From contig JBGSMV010000059.1 of assembly GCA_041739995.1 (NCBI GenBank), forward strand, positions 90,429 to 154,428: DNA of 64,000 nt. Reading direction: 5' to 3'. The position numbers and the translations under genes are program-made. Positions 57,523-64,000 of this stretch are shown here, one piece after another (positions within the stretch are counted from its first letter, which is position 1; the number at the start of each line of letters is the position of its first letter). Source of the DNA: Bdellovibrionota bacterium (lineage in GTDB: Bacteria > Bdellovibrionota_C > UBA2361 > JBGSMV01). The notes beneath the pieces were generated by a model. It was not told where the DNA came from. It did no database searches and saw nothing but the letters and a program-made list of their open reading frames with translations.

Positions 57523-58926
57523 CTATCGCCAAATCCGCCAGCCCCTGGCCCCATTATCGGAATTCTCCCCATCATCGGGACCGAATAGTTCGGCTTCCGT
57601 CTCACTACCCACCGATTCCCCCGCAGCCGCACGTTCCGCTCGAACTTGGTTCAGTGTCTCTCTAAGCACCTCTGCGCGTTCCTTGTTGCCCTGTCGTTCG
57701 CGCAGGGCAACTAGTGACACCAATGCAGGAACGCTACGGGGCGAAATTTCAAGAGCGCGCTCAAAACTCTCTCCGGCTTGATCTAATTTCCCGAGCTCCA
57801 TCATCGCCCAGCCGAGAGCACCATGCGCCCGCACATCATTTTTCTCAATGCGAAGCGCTTCTCTCGCGCTGTCCGCCGCATCGGAGGGGCTATGATTATC
57901 GAGTTGTATTAAAGATAAATTCACCCAGGCCATCAGATTTTTTGGGTCGGCCTCAACGGCTCGTCTTAAGGCAAGCTCCGCGTGGGCACTCTCACCGTCA
58001 CCGTCCAGGATGGACCCGAGTGCTACCTGCACACGCGCATCGCCCGGAGCAACTTCCGCCGCCCGCGCGAAGGCTTGTTTTCCCTCTTCAATCTTCCCAT
58101 TGGTTCGTAAGCTACGAGCTAAGTAGAGCAATGCATCGACGTTACGGGGCTCAATCTGAACTGCGCGCTGGTAGGCAAATAGAGCGGCCTCTTGTTGACC
58201 TGCGCGCTCATACAGCACTGCAAGGTTAAACCAGGTAAGGAAGCCCGAACTATCAATCCCTTTGGCACGTTCCAAGTACTCAAGTGCTTGAGCACGATTT
58301 CCCTGGGCTTCAGAAAATACCGCCAAAGTCTGAAGCGCTCGCGTGGAATTCGGGTCTCTCTGAAGTAAACGCTCGATGCTGTCTCTCGCATCCTCCGACC
58401 GCCCAAGGTCGTGCTCGGTCATGCCGATCGCAAGCAAATAGGAAGCATCATCGGGCTTTAAGGTGCCCGCTTCCTGAAACGAGGCGAGAGCCTCAACGTT
58501 GTTGCCCTCATTCCGCAGCGCCATCCCCAGACCATAGTGAGCTTCGGAAAGTGTTGGGCACTTTTTGATGGCGTCCTTGTACAAGCTCTTGGCTTCCGAC
58601 CCTGCCGAGCTTGCCTTCTCCATTAACTGAGTGGCCTCGTAACAGCTCGCACTCGACTTCTCAGTCCCCTGGACTCTTCTCTCTGGAGTCGACGCCGTAT
58701 ACCCATTGGTCTCTTTCTCGGAGGCAGCGCTCGCTGAAGAGCTTGATTCGGCAACGCTAGAACCACAAAATAACAGCCCCCCCGCACTGGCGCACAGCAC
58801 TACCGCAAGCACTCTCGTCATACGAAAGCACGGAAACAAAACATATTGCTCCAGCTTGCCGACTATCATCACTGCTGCCTCATGGAATCCTACCAGCGGA
58901 CAAAAAAAAGAAACTTTATCACTCAA
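57523..58926 (-). CDS. Exported tetratricopeptide-repeat protein; start uncertain
   Basis: Hydrophobic signal-like stretch followed by multiple TPR units (AHYGLG, TWFNLAVLY, AHGALGW). Confidence 0.88.
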   Translation of the reverse strand: MSDKVSFFCPLVGFHEAAVMIVGKLEQYVLFPCFRMTRVLAVVLCASAGGLLFCGSSVAESSSSASAASEKETNGYTASTPERRVQGTEKSSASCYEATQLMEKASSAGSEAKSLYKDAIKKCPTLSEAHYGLGMALRNEGNNVEALASFQEAGTLKPDDASYLLAIGMTEHDLGRSEDARDSIERLLQRDPNSTRALQTLAVFSEAQGNRAQALEYLERAKGIDSSGFLTWFNLAVLYERAGQQEAALFAYQRAVQIEPRNVDALLYLARSLRTNGKIEEGKQAFARAAEVAPGDARVQVALGSILDGDGESAHAELALRRAVEADPKNLMAWVNLSLIQLDNHSPSDAADSAREALRIEKNDVRAHGALGWAMMELGKLDQAGESFERALEISPRSVPALVSLVALRERQGNKERAEVLRETLNQVRAERAAAGESVGSETEAELFGPDDGENSDNGARGWRIWR

Positions 58927-58931
58927 GTCTA

Positions 58932-60251
58932 TTAAGTCAGTGCTCCCATGCGAGCTCCCACCTCTCGCAAGCGCTCACGGGGAGCGACCAAAGCAAAGCG
59001 CACAAAGGATGACCAAAGAGCAGCGGCGCCATCGCCTTGTTGCCGCGCGCCATAGTACCACCCAGGAGCAACCACAATGCCTGTTTTCTCAAGAAGTAAT
59101 TCTTCTATGGGACGCGACTCCATCTCGCCACCAGAACACCTAAGTGCGTCCTCGACCCCAGAAGGAAGGCGCGCCCAAACGCACCCACCTGCTGCCGGAT
59201 GCTCGACCACGCAGCCGACCTTCTCTAAGACCGCGCACAAGGCCTTTGCTCTCGAGCGATATTCCTCTACCGCAACGCGAGAAATTGATGGTCCACTTTC
59301 GAGTGCCGCGGCGGCAGCGATTTGCACAGGCAAAAATATTCCGAAATCTAAGGTGCTCTTTCTCGACGCAATAGCACCGACAATCTGAGCGTTTCCTAAA
59401 ACCGCTGCAACTCGCCAGCCTGGCACCGAGTACGCCTTCGAAAGACTATAACTCTCGATACAGCAGGCGCGCGCACCTTCACTCCGAAGGAGGCTCGGAG
59501 CAGCACTTCCATCGTGCACAAGTTCTCCGTACACAAAGTCATTAAAAACATGACACTGATACTCGCGCGCTAAGCTGACTATTCGATCCCAAAAATCCTG
59601 AGATACCACGCGCCCGGTGGGATTATGAGGAAAGTTCAGCAAAATGAGTTTCACTGGCGCAGTCTTGAGAGCCTTTTCGATACTTGCGGCAAGCTCATTT
59701 TCGCTGGGGCTCAAAGCAACACTCAAAAGCTTTGCGCCCGAAACGGCGAGGGCCGAGCGAAAACTGGGATAGAGCGGCTCGACGCAAAGCACCGTGTCTC
59801 CGGGCTTGGTCAGAACGCCTAGTGTCTGCAACAGTGCGTCTTTGCTGCCAAGTGTTACGCAGACTTCTTCTTCGGGACTTAAAATCACTTCAAAGCGCTG
59901 TCGGTATTTATTGGAGAAGGCCTCTCGTAGTTTGCGCACCCCGCGAGAAACCGCATAGCGGTGCAGGTGTGGTTTGGTTGAAGCTTCTACTAACTTGTCC
60001 AATAGGAGGCGCTGCGGGGTGAGATCTGGATTGAACATCGAGAGATCGATCACGTCTTTACCGGCTTGCAATGCCGCGAGCTTGTGGTCACGCAGGGAGG
60101 CCAAAGGATCGGTGACGCCAGCCATAGAGAAATGGAGAGCATCTTCCCCCACAGGGCCAGACGCCCTATTCGCCTCTCCTGAACTGAGAGACGTTTGCGG
60201 TTCTGGGATTAGCTCCCCTTCGTATTGGGTTGAACAAGAATCTATTGTCAT
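58932..60251 (-). CDS. PLP-dependent aminotransferase class I/II (AlaC-like)
   Basis: DVIDLSMFNPD, HRYAVSRG, NFPHNPTG, DFVYGEL, SLSKAYSVPGWRV. Confidence 0.9.
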   Translation of the reverse strand: MTIDSCSTQYEGELIPEPQTSLSSGEANRASGPVGEDALHFSMAGVTDPLASLRDHKLAALQAGKDVIDLSMFNPDLTPQRLLLDKLVEASTKPHLHRYAVSRGVRKLREAFSNKYRQRFEVILSPEEEVCVTLGSKDALLQTLGVLTKPGDTVLCVEPLYPSFRSALAVSGAKLLSVALSPSENELAASIEKALKTAPVKLILLNFPHNPTGRVVSQDFWDRIVSLAREYQCHVFNDFVYGELVHDGSAAPSLLRSEGARACCIESYSLSKAYSVPGWRVAAVLGNAQIVGAIASRKSTLDFGIFLPVQIAAAAALESGPSISRVAVEEYRSRAKALCAVLEKVGCVVEHPAAGGCVWARLPSGVEDALRCSGGEMESRPIEELLLEKTGIVVAPGWYYGARQQGDGAAALWSSFVRFALVAPRERLREVGARMGALT

Positions 60252-60769
60252 CGCTAGAAATCGAGTAACTGGTCACCAAGTTCTAAATCCGTATAGCAAT
60301 TCTGCACAAGGAAGGGGCACATGGGTCATATTGACGCTGATACTTCCATCTTGTCAGCCCCTAAACGGGGTAGCTATTTTTCGTGACCAGTTAGTTGTTG
60401 TCACCCCCGATTTGCCCCGCAAATCGACCCCTGAGGGGCATCTCGCCCGAGTTGTGCTGACTAGTTACGAAATCGAAAGTGGCTGAGCATAACATGGGCT
60501 CACCTAGGGATGAAACGCCTAGCAATCTGCTGATTTTCGCAGCAAAAGTTCTCAAGCATCGACCCGGGACCCGATAGAGAGGGGCGCAGAAATAGCAGAT
60601 TGGTCCTTCCAGAGGACCCGCCTTGAAACCTCACTACCGCACCTCAATCGAGCTGCACGACAGGAGTAAAATAGAGCCTGTGAAATCTTCTGAAAACTGC
60701 CAACATAGGATATTTAGGATTCACAGGAGATTTCGCCGCCATTGGTGAAGTTTCTGACAGGGAGTTTGT

Positions 60770-61900
60770 GTGACGAGCAAGAGTGACTCAGAAAAGTCCC
60801 CTCTAGGTGCAGCAGCGGGACAATCTGGCATCCTGGCTGAGACCTTAGCTCATTCCGCTCATTCAGTACTCCTACTCGACACCACTGGGCAGATACTGTT
60901 TAGAAATTCAGTGGCGACAAAACTGCTCGGAACAGGTGGTCTAGAGAGCATGCCCCTGTTTCGAGAACCCGTTCAACGCCAAATACTCCAGACCAAGCAC
61001 TGGAATTGTGTGGAACTGCATGCGCCTCCGGAGCGCCTGGGCCACCTGAGACAGGTCGCCGTAGTCGTGGAAGTGGGCTCCCTCGCGCCTTCCACCCAAG
61101 AGAGCAGTGGCGCGACAAATCTGTGCCTATTGGTAATCATTCCCCCTCAGGCAGAGCAGCAATCCTCACTAGCTGACAGAGAGGAGTTTCTCGCCACGGC
61201 CGCACACGATCTTAAGAACCCATTGAGCGCCATTTTTGGATACGCCGACACCCTCGTCACCTCAGTGCCGGGAAAGGAAATTTCAGATCGTACGCGCAGC
61301 ATGGTTGCGAAAATGCGCAGCATCGCAGCACGCTCAATTGATTTAGTAAGAAACTATCAACAGCTTGCTGAACTGGCCCAATTAAAACCCTCCTCCCCAA
61401 ATGCCCGCACCGATTTGAATAAGGTTATTAAGAACGTCGTTGAGGAGACCTTTCGCGAGGACGAGGATTCGCTCACCGTGGTATTCGTCCCAATCTCTCC
61501 GCCCGTCCTGCTTCGACTTGAAAAACTCCCGCTCGAGCGCGTGATTGCGAATCTGTTCGGAAATGCTCTTCGCTATTCGCCGCCTGGGGGCACCATCACT
61601 ATTTCTGTAACCAAGAGCTTAAGCGACTCACTGTGGCCAATCGAAATTCACCTAAATAATACCGGCACTCCAATACCTGCAGAAGAGATACCTAAGCTCT
61701 TCACGCGCAGATACAGAGGGAGCACCAGTACTGGTACCAGTGGCACCGGATTGGGGCTTTTTATTGTGGACGGGATTATAAGCCGCATCGGAGGAAAAGT
61801 TTCAGTTCAAAGTACCAAAGAAGGTGGCACGACCTTCACCATCCATCTTCCGACCAGCTGCGTCATTGAAAACAGCGTCGTGGAACCTGTTCCATCCTGA
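60770..61900 (+). CDS. Orphan cytoplasmic sensor histidine kinase
   Basis: PAS-like start (LLLDTTGQILFRN), H-box AHDLKNPL, N-box NLFGNALRY, G2 box GTGLGL. Confidence 0.9.
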   Translation: MTSKSDSEKSPLGAAAGQSGILAETLAHSAHSVLLLDTTGQILFRNSVATKLLGTGGLESMPLFREPVQRQILQTKHWNCVELHAPPERLGHLRQVAVVVEVGSLAPSTQESSGATNLCLLVIIPPQAEQQSSLADREEFLATAAHDLKNPLSAIFGYADTLVTSVPGKEISDRTRSMVAKMRSIAARSIDLVRNYQQLAELAQLKPSSPNARTDLNKVIKNVVEETFREDEDSLTVVFVPISPPVLLRLEKLPLERVIANLFGNALRYSPPGGTITISVTKSLSDSLWPIEIHLNNTGTPIPAEEIPKLFTRRYRGSTSTGTSGTGLGLFIVDGIISRIGGKVSVQSTKEGGTTFTIHLPTSCVIENSVVEPVPS

Positions 61901-61916
61901 AAGCGTGGTTTGTGTA

Positions 61917-61929
61917 ACGGAGTGGTCTC
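61917..61929 (+). repeat. Left copy of 13-bp direct repeat ACGGAGTGGTCTC flanking the MNIO operon
   Basis: Identical to 63831-63843. Confidence 0.6.
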
Positions 61930-61964
61930 GGAGGAACAGAGCTCCTCTCCATGGCCACCAAGTT

Positions 61965-61986
61965 AAAATTCCCGGTTAACGGGATT
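61965..61986 (-). terminator. Possible weak terminator for the MNIO operon
   Basis: TCCCG/CGGGA stem followed by ATTTT on the minus strand, between convergent genes. Confidence 0.35.
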
Positions 61987-62011
61987 CGTCACTTGAATGC
62001 CGTTTGAGACC

Positions 62012-62608
62012 CTATTTATCTACTTTTTTGAGCTTTCCGCCGGGCAGCACTAGATAAGTATCGCCGCCAATTATCACAGTGCCTATGCTACCATCTGCGC
62101 CGGGCGTCGCCCATCCTCCCATCCCGCATGCGGGACAGGGATCTCTCGTCGGTGCGACCTCGACCTCGCTTTGCCTAAGGCGAAGCACTCCCTTTTGGGT
62201 GGCCAAGTTAATCTTCGCGGAGTCCTCTGATGTAACTAGTAAGGATACGGCGAGCGTAACTCTACCTTCCAATGCAGGTCCGTTGACGCTATTAACAGGC
62301 TCGATAGATAGCAGTCTTGCTCTCCTCGCGATCGAAGAGGTTCCTGCCCGATCCCGACCTTGGAATAACACGTCTACGTGCTCCATAACTCGATAGCGGA
62401 CTTCGGTTCCACCGATTGATTCAACATTGAACCTCGACACTTGGTAACCTTTGGGGACGGAAATGTTAAATGGGTTGGACGCGGCAGTTGGACTGGTTGA
62501 TGGACCCGCAGTAACCGCTGGCTGAGCAAGACTCTCAGCATTGGCCGCCATCCCCGCACCGTTGAGCACTGCTGCGATCAGCAACAGTGTTTTCTGCTGG
62601 AGTTTCAT
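62012..62608 (-). CDS. Secreted protein with partial CpaB/RcpC-like domain and internal CPACGMG motif; candidate MNIO substrate
   Basis: Sec signal (MKLQQKTLLLIAAVLNGAGMAANA); VPKGY, HVDVLF, VSLLVTSEDSAKINLATQKGVLRL resemble CpaB; CPACGMG at residues 158-164. Confidence 0.75.
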   Translation of the reverse strand: MKLQQKTLLLIAAVLNGAGMAANAESLAQPAVTAGPSTSPTAASNPFNISVPKGYQVSRFNVESIGGTEVRYRVMEHVDVLFQGRDRAGTSSIARRARLLSIEPVNSVNGPALEGRVTLAVSLLVTSEDSAKINLATQKGVLRLRQSEVEVAPTRDPCPACGMGGWATPGADGSIGTVIIGGDTYLVLPGGKLKKVDK

Positions 62609-62835
62609 ATATCGCTCTCGGTTTGGAGTCGCACTTCATCATCGTAGAGCGCATGGTACTTAAACGTTTTCAAGGCCATCTCTACGAAGGCAGGCGTGAG
62701 TTCATAGCCCTTAAAGTATGAGGCGACATCAGTATTAGTCCGAAGCCGAAGGATAGCCTCCTCGTACGATGAACTTGAAAAGAGAATTTCTAAGTAGCAG
62801 GCTTGAAACTGAGACATTTGTTCACGCTTCTCCAT
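62605..62835 (-). CDS. Small helical partner protein of the DUF692 enzyme (76 aa)
   Basis: Overlaps both neighbours (14 nt upstream, ATGA downstream). Confidence 0.65.
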   Translation of the reverse strand: MEKREQMSQFQACYLEILFSSSSYEEAILRLRTNTDVASYFKGYELTPAFVEMALKTFKYHALYDDEVRLQTESDI

Positions 62836-63691
62836 TTACAATCCTCCGCATTCGCAAAAAATCGCATTGAAATTGCTGACACTGCTCTTCGCTCTGTAAT
62901 GCGTGAGGGAGCTGTTCCAACACAACCAGGTGGAGCGAAGGCGTGCGCGATATAACGCTGTCAAGTAGGTCGAAAACCTCTTCCGGAACGGGCCCATCGT
63001 GAGTATCGCATCGTAACGTTGTGGTGGACCGATCGACCTCAACGTCCGCAAAGGATCCCCCCGAGATATGAATTTCACGAACGCGCTCTAAGGGGTACGT
63101 CCGCACTATTTCCTCAGCAGAGCACTTAAAATTTATTGCTTGGCAGTATATGTTATGAAGATCCAGAAGTATAAACCCATCAATGGGCTGTACCAAATTG
63201 AATAGAAATTCCCCTTGTCGTTTGACTTCGTCGAGATTAAAGGCAAGTGCCAAGTTCTCAATGCCTACTGGTCCGTTAAAAACACTTTTCAGCAGTTTTA
63301 AATTCTCCTGCGTGACTTCAAGAAGCTCGTCTGTGAGAGGTAGTGGCATAGGCGCACCGTGATGAAAATCGCCGCCACGCATGAGACCAAAATGCTCGGT
63401 AAGATGTTCATAGTTTCGCACAGCAAGCTCTGAAGAGAGGAGCGCTCGCCACTGGTCATGATGCTCAGCAATTCCTGCAGAACACACAGCGTAGCGCACG
63501 CTGTGGGCATATAGTGCACGTGCTTCACTGTAATCGTTCACCACCGCCACCAAGGTCGGATCAGGCTCCCCCATCAGTTCCGGCATATCAAACGCCCACT
63601 CGATCGCGTCAACCAACTGATCACGAAACAGAGGGAACGCCGAACTCAACACCCGCGTGTCCGGTATAAAGGAAAGTCCCGAAAGAATCAT
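62822..63691 (-). CDS. DUF692 / multinuclear non-haem iron oxidative enzyme (MNIO), ChrH-like
   Basis: Iron-ligand motifs LYAH, LTEHFG, VGIENL, LLDLHNIYCQ, VREIHISGG, DTHD, VVLEQ. Confidence 0.92.
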   Translation of the reverse strand: MILSGLSFIPDTRVLSSAFPLFRDQLVDAIEWAFDMPELMGEPDPTLVAVVNDYSEARALYAHSVRYAVCSAGIAEHHDQWRALLSSELAVRNYEHLTEHFGLMRGGDFHHGAPMPLPLTDELLEVTQENLKLLKSVFNGPVGIENLALAFNLDEVKRQGEFLFNLVQPIDGFILLDLHNIYCQAINFKCSAEEIVRTYPLERVREIHISGGSFADVEVDRSTTTLRCDTHDGPVPEEVFDLLDSVISRTPSLHLVVLEQLPHALQSEEQCQQFQCDFLRMRRIVNGEA

Positions 63692-63830
63692 GGCAGGTAA
63701 ATCGGCAAAAATGAGCTCCGACTAAATGAAAATATAGAAGCCTGCACGCTGTCAATCAGACAAAATGCCCCTCAAGACCCGGGCAACCGCTCAGTCTAAA
63801 CAGAAACGGGTTGGGATTATAAAACGGGGC

Positions 63831-63843
63831 ACGGAGTGGTCTC
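63831..63843 (+). repeat. Right copy of the 13-bp direct repeat; part of hairpin GCACGGAG...CTCCGTGC (63829-63861)
   Basis: Identical to 61917-61929. Confidence 0.6.
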
Positions 63844-64000
63844 AAGCAGCACTCTCCGTGCGATAAGCCTCATAAAAAAGGTTACCAAAGAGAAGCTGTT
63901 TGAGTGGTTGAAGCCTCATAATTCCAGTTACCGAACTTTTATAAGGTTCTGGAAATATGAGAGAAATAGTAGGTTTTGACGAGTTAAAGCACCGCTACTT

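Noticed and set aside
60600..60760. Hairpins upstream of the histidine kinase as a riboswitch
   Set aside because: Stems are present (CCTGTGAA/TTCACAGG) but no conserved aptamer motif was recognised.
62122..62135. Perfect 14-bp palindrome TCCCGCATGCGGGA inside the CPACGMG codons
   Set aside because: It can arise from ordinary codon choice for C-P-A-C-G-M; there is no independent sign of a DNA-level function.
62012..62608. Tad/Flp pilus locus
   Set aside because: Only a partial CpaB-like domain is seen and no other tad genes are present.

Overview
Bacterial chromosomal segment of moderate GC, with almost all genes in the first 42 kb on the minus strand. Gene content suggests a Gram-negative, deltaproteobacteria/Bdellovibrionota-like lineage (inference, no taxonomy run). 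Housekeeping blocks: sigma-54 response regulator-rho; rpsB-tsf-pyrH-frr-uppS-cdsA-dxr-rseP-tsaB; purB-purS-purQ; tal-zwf-opcA-pgl; ftsK-lolA-rimO; rpmE, pepP, hflX. Accessory blocks: (i) an ApbE/DUF3570/DUF4266/TlpA flavinylation cluster headed by a secreted monohaem cytochrome c; (ii) a coupled DNA-methylase-like + CobB/CbiA-like gene pair, both with altered catalytic motifs; (iii) a surface-glycan locus with a FrhB-family Fe-S protein; (iv) at the right end, a three-gene operon encoding a ChrH-like DUF692/MNIO enzyme, a small partner and a secreted CpaB/RcpC-like protein carrying an INTERNAL CPACGMG motif. Block (iv) is the best candidate for an undescribed system: RiPP-type chemistry aimed at a folded protein. 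Two families of roughly 110-150 bp TA-flanked hairpin repeats (MITE-like) are dispersed through the window, often at stop codons. No tRNA, rRNA, CRISPR array or transposase was seen. All family calls come from motif recognition by eye, not from database searches.
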